Source: Patescibacteria group bacterium
GTDB taxonomy: Bacteria > Patescibacteriota > Minisyncoccia > Phycocordibacterales > UBA9973
Direction of reading: 5' to 3'
NCBI GenBank assembly: GCA_040384365.1
Contig: JAZKJK010000015.1
Span: 1,093-63,489, forward strand
DNA length: 62,397 nt
Position 1 is the first letter of the stretch. Each line of letters starts with the position of its first letter. Both the position numbers and the translations under genes were made by a program. The notes beneath the pieces were generated by a model that worked only from the letters and a program-made list of their open reading frames with translations, had not been told where the DNA came from and did not search any database. Below are positions 54,313 to 62,353 of the stretch, piece by piece.

Positions 54313-55397
54313 TGGGTGCTATACTTGTTTTCATGCTTTATAAACACAACGACAACTATACAGTCGAAAGCGTAACTGCTGGGCATCCGGATAAAGTTTG
54401 CGATCAAATATCGGACGCTATTTTAGATGCGTACCTTGCCTTGGATCCAAAGAGTCGGGTGGCAGTTGAAACTTTTGGCGGGCATGGCAAGCTAGTCATT
54501 GGCGGAGAAGTCACTTCCAAAGGCAAGGTGGATTATGTAAAGATTGCTCGTGAAGTTTATAAAGATATTGGCTATAAAGACGAGCTGGCAATTTCGGCGC
54601 ATATCGTGACTCAATCCCCAGATATAGCTATGGGCGTGGATACTGGCGGCGCGGGCGACCAGGGTATCATGTATGGATTTGCGACAAACGAGACTCCAGA
54701 ATTCTTGCCAAAAGGGGTGGTGCTCGCTCACAAACTTGCAAGGAGACTAGAAGAAGCTAGAAAAACAGGAGAAATAAAATGGCTGCGTCCAGATGGTAAA
54801 ACCCAAGTCACTTACACTGATGGGAAATTGCACACAGTCCTAGTCAGCACTCAACATGCCAAAGATGTTAAGTTAGCAGAAATCAAAAAAGAAATTACTA
54901 AGAAAATAATCCTGCCATTGCTCGGAGCTAAAGAAAAAAAGACAGTAAAAATTTTAATAAACCCGACAGGACATTTTGTAGCCGGAGGTTTTGAAGCAGA
55001 CACTGGGCTGACGGGTAGAAAAATAATGGTGGACACTTATGGCGGTATTATTCCACACGGCGGTGGATGCTTCTCGGGCAAAGATGCGACAAAGGTAGAT
55101 CGTTCTGGCGCATATATGGCTCGCTATGTGGCAAAAAATTTGGCCGCAGCTCACTATGGCAAAGAAATACTTGTATCTGTGGCTTATGCTATCGGCATGG
55201 CCGAACCTTTGATGATAGAAGCCATAAATGAAAAAGGCGAGGACTTGGCGGCAATTGTAAAAAAGAATTTTGATTTTCGGCCACTGGCTATCATTGAACG
55301 CCTAGGGCTACGCAATCCGGTCTTTCGTCAAACTGCCACTTATGGGCATTTTGGGAAAGAAAATCTGCCGTGGGAGAAAATAGAAAAGATGAAATAA
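54312..55397 (+). CDS. metK: S-adenosylmethionine synthetase
   Basis: Present are ESVTAGHPDKVCDQISDAILD, GAGDQGIMYGFA and GGGCFSGKDATKVDRSGAY. The true start may be a few codons downstream. Confidence 0.93.
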   Translation: MGAILVFMLYKHNDNYTVESVTAGHPDKVCDQISDAILDAYLALDPKSRVAVETFGGHGKLVIGGEVTSKGKVDYVKIAREVYKDIGYKDELAISAHIVTQSPDIAMGVDTGGAGDQGIMYGFATNETPEFLPKGVVLAHKLARRLEEARKTGEIKWLRPDGKTQVTYTDGKLHTVLVSTQHAKDVKLAEIKKEITKKIILPLLGAKEKKTVKILINPTGHFVAGGFEADTGLTGRKIMVDTYGGIIPHGGGCFSGKDATKVDRSGAYMARYVAKNLAAAHYGKEILVSVAYAIGMAEPLMIEAINEKGEDLAAIVKKNFDFRPLAIIERLGLRNPVFRQTATYGHFGKENLPWEKIEKMK

Positions 55398-55438
55398 TTA
55401 GGATATATTTTCTCCACTGATTTTGCTATAATTAACCC

Positions 55439-55630
55439 ATGCTTGGAATTTTGTTTAAAGTCTGGTACTTCATAGTTATTTTGCCCTTTCTTATCTTTAT
55501 AGAAGGTAGTGACAGGTTTGCAAATTTTTTAAAGAAAAGAAATATATATTCTCATTGGGACATCTATCATTCTTTTCTTGTTGTCGCGGTTATTTTATTA
55601 GTTGTATTTTGGTTGCAGGGTTATCGTTAG
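55439..55630 (+). CDS. small two-TM membrane protein (uncertain)
   Basis: This is a 63-aa hydrophobic ORF. There is no other support. Confidence 0.3.
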   Translation: MLGILFKVWYFIVILPFLIFIEGSDRFANFLKKRNIYSHWDIYHSFLVVAVILLVVFWLQGYR

Positions 55631-55729
55631 TCAGGAAATTATGATTACAAAACATTTTTTTAAGACACTGATTATTTTTCTGGTGATGATAGCTTTGGGT
55701 CTCTTTGCGTTTTATTTGGCGAGCCATGT

Positions 55730-55757
55730 TGCAAAATAGCTCATTTGTGCTATAGTC
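55730..55757 (+). promoter_or_regulatory. candidate promoter (ttgcaa-N16-TGc-tatagt, extended -10)
   Basis: Read directly from the sequence. It lies about 230 nt upstream of rplJ. Confidence 0.4.
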
Positions 55758-55828
55758 TGTATACCGCAAAGAAGATAGGTGGTGACCATAAGGTCACAGT
55801 AAATCCTATTTAGTGGGTCGATATCTTT

Positions 55829-55849
55829 GACGGCGCAAGCCGTTTTTTT
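55829..55849 (+). terminator. intrinsic terminator or attenuator (GCAA tetraloop hairpin plus T7)
   Basis: The sequence is gacggc-gcaa-gccgt followed by ttttttt. Confidence 0.55.
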
Positions 55850-55857
55850 AATTTATT

Positions 55858-55974
55858 AAAACTTTTGCAATATAAACTTTTCTTCGGTACGGAATTTTTT
55901 AAGCTTAAAAATTCCTGAAGTTCTCGGCTCGACAGCCTCGAAACCCCTGCGAAAAGTTATATTGCAAAAGTTTT
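55858..55974. repeat. about 117-bp structured inverted-repeat element, copy 3 (divergent arms, shared core)
   Basis: The outer arms aaaacttttgcaatataaacttttc and gaaaagttatattgcaaaagtttt pair. An internal palindrome ggaatttttt-aagctt-aaaaattcc is present. The core ctcggctcgacagcct matches ctcggctcgtcagcct of copy 1. Confidence 0.7.
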
Positions 55975-55987
55975 CGGACAATAAAAC

Positions 55988-56473
55988 ATGTTACAAAAAT
56001 CAAAAAAAGAAGAAATGATAAAGGAGCTCGAAGGAGCAATCAAGGAATCAGAATCTCTCGTCTTTGTGAACTTTCATGGTTTGAAAGTTAGCGACGAGAC
56101 GATGTTGCGCCGAGACCTTCGAAATCAGGGTGTGAAGTATAAAGTTTCCAGAAAGACTCTCCTCGCTCGTGCCCTGAAAGGCAAGGCCGAAGGTGAGGTT
56201 CCAGAGCTAGGCGGGGAAGTCGCTATCGCATATTCGAAAGATGCCATATCTTCACCACGCGAGGTTTACAATTTTCAAAAAGCCCATAAAGGAATAGTCT
56301 TAAATATTCTCGGTGGAATTTTTGAAGGTAAATTTGTCAGTAAGGATGTGATGATGGAGCTAGCAATGATCCCAAGTAGGGAAGTCTTGCTTTCTAAATT
56401 GGCATTCTTGCTCAAGAGTCCGATGCAACGTCTAGCTATCGCTGTCGGCGAAGTAGCGAAAATTAAAAAATAA
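55988..56473 (+). CDS. rplJ: 50S ribosomal protein L10
   Basis: The N-terminal L10 pattern is KKEEMIKELEGAIKESESLVFVNFHGLKVSDETMLRRDLR. The gene is followed by rplL. Confidence 0.9.
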   Translation: MLQKSKKEEMIKELEGAIKESESLVFVNFHGLKVSDETMLRRDLRNQGVKYKVSRKTLLARALKGKAEGEVPELGGEVAIAYSKDAISSPREVYNFQKAHKGIVLNILGGIFEGKFVSKDVMMELAMIPSREVLLSKLAFLLKSPMQRLAIAVGEVAKIKK

Positions 56474-56479
56474 CAAGGC

Positions 56480-56506
56480 ACTAGGAAACTAGGCTCTAGG
56501 CACTAG
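56480..56506. repeat. 27-nt CTAG-rich repeat, copy 2 (ACTAGGAAACTAGGCTCTAGGCACTAG)
   Basis: It matches 30563-30589 at 26 of 27 positions. It is followed by four GCCTAA-type motifs within 56519-56552. Confidence 0.8.
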
Positions 56507-56554
56507 CAAAAATGCTAAAGCCTAACTGCCTAAGGCCTAAAGCCTATTAATAAA

Positions 56555-56920
56555 ATGTCAAAATTTGATTCGTTTTTATCAGAATTAGAAAGTGCTTCAG
56601 TCTTGGAACTAAATACATTGGTCAAGGCTATTGAAGAAAAGTTCGGAGTATCTGCAGCCGCTGTGGCCTCAGCTGGGGCTGGCGCTGCTGCACCCGCAGC
56701 AGAAGAGCAGAGTACATACACAGTTATGCTTTCTGCCGCTGGTGATCAGAAAATAGCTGTTATGAAAATCGTCAAAGAAACTTTAGGTCTTGGATTAAAA
56801 GATGCAAAGGACCTAGTTGACGCCGCTCCTTCAACCCTCAAAGCGGGAATGAAGAAAGAGGAAGCGAATGACTTGAAGAAGAAGATCGAAGAGGCGGGAG
56901 GAAAAGTCGAGCTTAAATAA
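56555..56920 (+). CDS. rplL: 50S ribosomal protein L7/L12
   Basis: It has an Ala-rich hinge ([18 protein letters not shown]) and a C-terminal domain with [24 protein letters not shown]. Confidence 0.95.
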   Translation: MSKFDSFLSELESASVLELNTLVKAIEEKFGVSAAAVASAGAGAAAPAAEEQSTYTVMLSAAGDQKIAVMKIVKETLGLGLKDAKDLVDAAPSTLKAGMKKEEANDLKKKIEEAGGKVELK

Positions 56921-57043
56921 AATACTCGACTTTTCAGCCGGAAGCACATGGGTGCTGAGGCGGGGTCGCGCAAAATTCCAGTAGGAATTTATGGGTGACA
57001 AGGTTGAATTGAAATAAAAGATTACTCAGATTAAACAAAAGAG

Positions 57044-57064
57044 CACCCGAAAGGGTGTTTTTTT
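57044..57064 (+). terminator. rho-independent terminator after rplL
   Basis: The hairpin caccc-gaaa-gggtg is followed by T7. Confidence 0.7.
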
Positions 57065-57120
57065 GTAATGGGGATAACTTATTTAGTGAATATGTAAAGT
57101 AGGCGTATACTTAAGCCCAT

Positions 57121-59754
57121 ATGAAAAAATATATGCCTGTTTTGCTTTTTGCCACTTTATTGGTTACTTTACTAGGTTTTACTAATTCCGCGAGCGCAGA
57201 CACAGTTTCCTTAACTCAAAATCTGCAAATTGGTTCGATTGGAAGTGAGGTTGTAATACTTCAGCGATTCCTCAATGCAGAAGGTTTTTTCTTTGGTAGA
57301 ATCGATGGTCGCTATGGAAGGATCACCGCCAGAGCTGTGGGTGATTTTCAAGAAGCAGTTGATCTGCCAATCACTGAAAAAGTAGATGCCGTTACTCGTG
57401 CCAAAATTAACGCTTCTATTGCAGGTGGGTTAAAGGAATTCGATACTACAGATCTTCCAGAAGGTTGTACATCCACCCAAGGTTACAGTCCAACTACTGG
57501 CGTAAAGTGCGATGCAACTCCTACTACTTCACCTCTTCCACAAGGATGTTTTTCAACTTCTGGCTACAGTGTTACAACAGGACAGCCTTGTGGTGGGAAT
57601 ACAATCCCCCCAGTTGTTACATATCCAGGATTTTTTATTAATTTTTCAAAAACATCGTATTCTCCGACAGAAAATGTGGTGGCTAGGGTGAGCCGAGCTG
57701 ATGGAAGTAATGTGCCTTACTCAGTTGATACATATCTAATTTATGGTGATAATCAAAAAGTTCCTCTACGAAGAGTATCAATAGGTCAAGGGACCAAGAT
57801 TGATTTCCAAATGGATCAGCAACTTGTGGCATACAAAGGTCCAGGTGAATACACATTGCTTTTGTGTGATGGAGGAAAAGTTTGTAATGGGGGAGTAAAT
57901 ACGAACTCTAGTCTATTTACCATCTCTTATTCAATTTACCCCCCAGGCTGTACGTCAACTTCAGTTTACAGTTCAACCACAGGGGAACCTTGTGGAGGGA
58001 CAACATCTACTTCTTCTATTACCGTAATGTCACCAAATGGGGGAGAGAACTTTACAGCTGGTAATTCTTTAGGTGATGTATATTGGAATTCTGCCAATTT
58101 ACCGAGTGGAACGGGTATAGACAGCATAAGGTTTTCTCTTACTTCTTCATTCGGTTCGGTCTACGAACTTGCTGTGACCAAAAGCACTTTATTTCAGGGG
58201 GGATTTGCTGGTTACTATAATAACAACGGAGAATCTCAAGTTATTGATTTGAAAATACCAGCGACGGTTCCTGCTGGTCAATACAAACTAAAAATTAGTT
58301 GCGGTACATGTTTTAGTCCGGCTGGGGATTATAGTGATCAGAACTTTACCATTTTAGCTTCTACAGCTACTCCTTCTATCACGGTTACTAAACCAGTTGC
58401 ATTACAAAAGGTAACTGCCGGTAGTACACTCTTGATAACTTGGTCAACTCAGAATATTTCTGCTAATAAATTAATGAACCTAAGTGTCTATCCTGGCTCG
58501 GGCAGTATCCCATCCGACACTCTGACCAGTAAGATCTTGAAGGGTGTAAACGGAGTTCCCAACACAGGTAGTTACACGTTGACAGTTCCTCCTGAAACCA
58601 GGCTTCAAGATTACTCTCTCCAAGTTATCTGCGCGACTTGTCAGGCAGATTTTGGAGTTCAAACCTTCGGTTGGAGTCCGAAGTTTACAGTTGTCGCTCC
58701 GGTTGCCCAACCGTCTATAACTGTCACTTCACCAAATGTGGGAGAAACATACAAAAAAGGAACCTCTGGTTCTTCTGGAGACAATCTGTCGTATGGCGCT
58801 ACCATTGTAAATGGTAAAAACTTAAATTCTTACTTTGTGTATTTTACCGAACGCAATGACGCGTCTTGGCGTTCAGGTTATTTTCAGCGCCTAGGGGGAG
58901 CGTCTGGTACAGATGTTATACCTTACAGTCCATATAACCTTTCAGGAGGGATAGTGCAGCTAAATGAAGATACTCGTGTAGGGACTTACTATCTTTTAGT
59001 TGAAGTTACTGATAGTGTTGGAAATACTTTCAGAGATTTCAGTGATCAACCTTTCACCATAATCGCACCTACAACTGTTTCACAAACCTTCAACCTCACT
59101 TATCCAGGCGCGGGCACTGTTTGGACTACTGGAGCTCGACAAATAATTACCTGGACATCTAGTGGCTTGCCAACGACTGCAACTATCAGTGTTAATGTTT
59201 GGGCAATGACTCCGACCCGCACATCAGTGGCTTCCATGACTGCTTTTGTGAGCGATGGCAGTGTCTATTGGACAATACCAACCACTCTTACTCCGGGCAA
59301 TAATTACCAAGTCACACTTAGTTCAGTTGGTTCTGCTCCAGGTCCAGCGAGCGGTACCTTTAGTATCGTCACCCCAGAAAGTCAGACCATGACTATCACT
59401 TCGCCTGCGAGCGGGGACTCTTGGGCTGCCGGTTCAACCCACCCAGTAACTTGGACTACGGAGAACATTGAACAGACCCCGAACTCTTCAATGGTCGTCA
59501 GACTTTTCAAGAGCGGAATTTATGCTGGGGCTGGAGCTCGCTCTACTAATGACGGTACCGAATCAGTAAATCTGCCAGCAACTCTTGTTCCAGGTGATGA
59601 TTACACTTTTGAACTTCTTTGTTATCAACCCACTTGTCTTGTCCCTGGCGCAGTTGGTAAAAAGCAGGCAAGTAGTCCTTTTACTATAGTTGCGCCAACA
59701 ACTAGTCAGGGGGCAAGTACCTGGGATTCCATTCGAGGTTTGTTTGGTTTCTAG
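57121..59754 (+). CDS. secreted cell-wall-anchored surface protein (PG_binding_1 domain, three C-x13-C motifs, tandem Kre9/KNH-like beta domains)
   Basis: Present are a signal peptide (MKKYMPVLLFATLLVTLLGFTNSASA) and a PG-binding pattern (GSIGSEVVILQRFLN...DGRYGRITARAVGDFQ). The three motifs are CTSTQGYSPTTGVKC, CFSTSGYSVTTGQPC and CTSTSVYSSTTGEPC. The repeated modules read ITV(T/M)SPN.GE...G....W. Confidence 0.75.
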   Translation: MKKYMPVLLFATLLVTLLGFTNSASADTVSLTQNLQIGSIGSEVVILQRFLNAEGFFFGRIDGRYGRITARAVGDFQEAVDLPITEKVDAVTRAKINASIAGGLKEFDTTDLPEGCTSTQGYSPTTGVKCDATPTTSPLPQGCFSTSGYSVTTGQPCGGNTIPPVVTYPGFFINFSKTSYSPTENVVARVSRADGSNVPYSVDTYLIYGDNQKVPLRRVSIGQGTKIDFQMDQQLVAYKGPGEYTLLLCDGGKVCNGGVNTNSSLFTISYSIYPPGCTSTSVYSSTTGEPCGGTTSTSSITVMSPNGGENFTAGNSLGDVYWNSANLPSGTGIDSIRFSLTSSFGSVYELAVTKSTLFQGGFAGYYNNNGESQVIDLKIPATVPAGQYKLKISCGTCFSPAGDYSDQNFTILASTATPSITVTKPVALQKVTAGSTLLITWSTQNISANKLMNLSVYPGSGSIPSDTLTSKILKGVNGVPNTGSYTLTVPPETRLQDYSLQVICATCQADFGVQTFGWSPKFTVVAPVAQPSITVTSPNVGETYKKGTSGSSGDNLSYGATIVNGKNLNSYFVYFTERNDASWRSGYFQRLGGASGTDVIPYSPYNLSGGIVQLNEDTRVGTYYLLVEVTDSVGNTFRDFSDQPFTIIAPTTVSQTFNLTYPGAGTVWTTGARQIITWTSSGLPTTATISVNVWAMTPTRTSVASMTAFVSDGSVYWTIPTTLTPGNNYQVTLSSVGSAPGPASGTFSIVTPESQTMTITSPASGDSWAAGSTHPVTWTTENIEQTPNSSMVVRLFKSGIYAGAGARSTNDGTESVNLPATLVPGDDYTFELLCYQPTCLVPGAVGKKQASSPFTIVAPTTSQGASTWDSIRGLFGF

Positions 59755-59790
59755 ATTCTTTATATCTTTTGATTAACTTTCTATCAAACT

Positions 59791-59829
59791 AAAACTAAAA
59801 AACACCCCTTGTGGGTGTTTTTTAGTTTT
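59791..59829. terminator. long perfect hairpin, bidirectional-type terminator
   Basis: A 17-bp stem pairs aaaactaaaaaacaccc with gggtgttttttagtttt. Confidence 0.7.
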
Positions 59830-59875
59830 TACCGGTGCTTATTTCTTCTTGATTCTTTCTTGAGAAAGGACTAGA

Positions 59876-60475
59876 ATGCTACTTATGGAAATTTTGGAAA
59901 AAATACTTGGCAATTCTTCTAGAGTGAAAATCATGCGACTTTTTTTGCTGAATAGGGGCAAGGGTTTTAAGAGTAAAGATATTGCAAAACGCAGTCGAGT
60001 CAGCGCTGATGCGGTTCGCAAAGAGATCAAACTTTTATCTTCTGTTGGTTTTATCAAGAAGCGTTCCAAGGTATCCCTAGATTGGTATTTTAATTCTCTG
60101 TTCAAATACGCAGAAGAATTTGAAGATCTGCTGGTGCGATCTGATAGTCTCAACAGGCAACAACTTTTAAATAATTTTAAGAATGTCGGACGGATCAAGC
60201 TCCTAGTGGTTTCCGGCGTCTTTATCAAAAATCACAGTAGCCGAGTAGATCTACTCATCGTCGGGGACAATATGAAACGCAGTAAAATAGAAGCAGGAGT
60301 TAAAAGACTCGAAGCCGAGATAGGCTCTGAGCTCGTCTATGCTATTTTCAGCTCCAAAGACTTTACTTATAGACTCAGTATGTATGACAAGCTAGTTCGC
60401 GACATCTTAGATTACCCACACGAGGTCCTCCTGCAGTCTCGTGAGCTATCTACTCAAGCCTTAAAAAAGGTCTAA
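59876..60475 (+). CDS. winged-helix DNA-binding protein with C-terminal nucleotidyltransferase-like region
   Basis: The N-terminal ArsR-like wHTH is SSRVKIMRLFLLNRGKGFKSKDIAKRSRVSADAVRKEIKLLSSVGFI. The C-terminal sequence VDLLIVGD is reminiscent of minimal NTases. AAAGGA serves as a ribosome-binding site. Confidence 0.5.
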   Translation: MLLMEILEKILGNSSRVKIMRLFLLNRGKGFKSKDIAKRSRVSADAVRKEIKLLSSVGFIKKRSKVSLDWYFNSLFKYAEEFEDLLVRSDSLNRQQLLNNFKNVGRIKLLVVSGVFIKNHSSRVDLLIVGDNMKRSKIEAGVKRLEAEIGSELVYAIFSSKDFTYRLSMYDKLVRDILDYPHEVLLQSRELSTQALKKV

Positions 60476-60609
60476 AATAAGCAATTAGTCCATGTAAGGC
60501 AAAAGTGGATAACTTTTTTGCCTATGCTCCTCGCTTATTGGTATAATAAATACTAGAATTTTAAGGTCGAAACTTAAAAGGCATTATTAGCTAAGGTTTC
60601 TAGATTATT

Positions 60610-61305
60610 ATGAATAACATTTGGATGACATGGGGTGATGTTTTTAATGTATCACTTCAAAATTTGTGGGCAGGTTTTCTTGATTTTACCCCAAAGCTTT
60701 TGATCGCGATCATATTCTTTGTGGTTGGTTGGGTTTTGGGCGGTGTGATCGCTAAAGCTCTTGACCAAGTCTTTCGTTCTTTGAAGATAGACAATCTTCT
60801 CAGATCTATCGGCGTAGAGAATTTTTTTAGAAAAGCAGGGTTGAATTTGAATTCTGGATATTTTGTCGGACAGGTCGTGAAGTGGTTTGTGATTATAGTT
60901 TTCCTACTACCTTCATTAAATTTGGTCGGCTTAGATAGTATCGGGTCTTTCTTAAAAGATGATGTCCTAGGTTTTCTACCTAGAGTTGTAGTTGCAGCTC
61001 TTGTGCTCATAATCGCTACAATCGTTGCTGACGCCCTATCAAGGACAGTCAGTGCTTCTGTAAAGACTATGGGTTTGAGTTCAGCGAATATGCTCGGCAC
61101 TATTGCAAAATATGCTGTTTGGATATTTGCGCTAATTATTGCCCTAGGTCAGCTAGGAATTGCTGATTACTACATGAGTGTTCTTTTCACTGGAATTATT
61201 GCGATGCTTTCCATCGGCGGTGCCCTAGCTTTCGGCTTGGGTGGACGTGATGCAGCTGCAAGATTTATCTCAAAAGTCAGTGAGGAAGTTTCTCATCGAG
61301 GATAG
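60610..61305 (+). CDS. membrane protein with conserved TM-helix repeats (mechanosensitive-channel-associated type)
   Basis: Four repeated TM-helix units of the type LLIAIIFFVVGWVLGGVIAKAL are present. Confidence 0.55.
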   Translation: MNNIWMTWGDVFNVSLQNLWAGFLDFTPKLLIAIIFFVVGWVLGGVIAKALDQVFRSLKIDNLLRSIGVENFFRKAGLNLNSGYFVGQVVKWFVIIVFLLPSLNLVGLDSIGSFLKDDVLGFLPRVVVAALVLIIATIVADALSRTVSASVKTMGLSSANMLGTIAKYAVWIFALIIALGQLGIADYYMSVLFTGIIAMLSIGGALAFGLGGRDAAARFISKVSEEVSHRG

Positions 61306-61400
61306 TTTAAAACTGCAAAGTTTTTAATATAAAAAGACTCTAGTAAAATAGGGTCTTTTTATATGTTTGCGTATTTTTATTTAAGGTTTATAATTGTGTT

Positions 61401-61748
61401 ATGAGGAGAAAATTATCTAAAAGAGAAGGACTGACAAAAAAAGACTTAACGCAAATTCTAGGAGTTGTAGGGGGGAACATTAGTTCTAAAATAGATCATT
61501 TGGGATCGGGTATTAAAAGTCTTGATTTGCGTATATCCAAATTGGAGAGTTACTTGAAAGAAGGATTTGAATCCCTAGATCATAAAATAGAGAATGTTGA
61601 TACAAGGTTATCATACCAAATAGAAGGTTTAGGGCGCAGAATAGATGATTTTGCTGATAATAAAATTTCCAGAATGGCATACAAAGAACTTGAAAATCGT
61701 GTTGTTCTTTTGGAATCAAAAATTTTAACAAAAACAAAGAGAGCATAG
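61401..61748 (+). CDS. coiled-coil protein of unknown function
   Basis: This is a 115-aa ORF with heptad-like periodicity. Confidence 0.4.
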   Translation: MRRKLSKREGLTKKDLTQILGVVGGNISSKIDHLGSGIKSLDLRISKLESYLKEGFESLDHKIENVDTRLSYQIEGLGRRIDDFADNKISRMAYKELENRVVLLESKILTKTKRA

Positions 61749-61782
61749 TCGAAATTATTAAAGTTAGATATAAATAAATTTT

Positions 61783-61971
61783 ATGCCTGATAAAAATATG
61801 CTAGAAACAATGGTAAAGCCATTAACAATAAAGCAAGAATTAATAGAATTAAGGTCAAGGAAAAAAGAACTTGTTTCTAAAAAGTCTACTCTGGAGAATG
61901 AGATTCAGTCAGTTTTGGCCGCGATACATCTTACGGAGCTTAAAATTACAGAACTTGCAAATAAAATATAG
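61783..61971 (+). CDS. small coiled-coil protein (uncertain)
   Basis: This is a 62-aa ORF with a helical, charged composition. Confidence 0.3.
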   Translation: MPDKNMLETMVKPLTIKQELIELRSRKKELVSKKSTLENEIQSVLAAIHLTELKITELANKI

Positions 61972-62027
61972 TTTTGTTGCAAAAAAGATGTCCACAAGTT
62001 ATCCCAAAATGCCAGATTTGACTTATT

Positions 62028-62056
62028 TTGGCGTTTAGACTATACTCTTTTTATCA
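62028..62056 (+). promoter_or_regulatory. near-consensus sigma70-type promoter (ttgact-N17-tatact) upstream of the 23S rRNA gene
   Basis: Read directly from the sequence: -35 at 62028-62033 and -10 at 62051-62056. Confidence 0.5.
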
Positions 62057-62118
62057 GTATGAATATAACAAGAAACAGTTTAAAAGGCAGGCCCTAGCAG
62101 ACTTTTCTTTTGTCTGTA

Positions 62119-62142
62119 GGCCGCCTTGAAAGGCGGTTTTTT
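62119..62142 (+). terminator. hairpin plus T7 within the rRNA leader (attenuator, or the end of an ~80-nt RNA)
   Basis: The hairpin gccgcc-ttgaaa-ggcggt is followed by tttttt. Confidence 0.45.
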
Positions 62143-62353
62143 TGTTGACCTGAATGTCAGGTTGCAGGACGAATGACACTTTGAAAACTTAAATCCTGTC
62201 CTAATTTTCTGAGATGCAATCTGCATTTCAGGGTCTTTATTGGAGACAGGGAAAAGCTCATAATATATTTGAGTCCCGAGCGGTCGGGATATAGTATTTT
62301 TTTGAGCTTTGTTTTCCCCGCAGTAATGCGGGGTTGTGGTTTTCAAATTTCTT

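Noticed and set aside
55641-55814. A 57-codon ORF starting at the ATG at 55641 in the metK-rplJ gap.
   Set aside because: It runs through the candidate promoter and hairpins, has an odd Cys/Gly composition and has no ribosome-binding site. The region is more plausibly non-coding leader.
62080-62346. An 88-aa minus-strand ORF just upstream of the 23S rRNA.
   Set aside because: It lies antisense within the hairpin-rich rRNA leader and crosses a promoter and terminator. Its composition is typical of a chance ORF.
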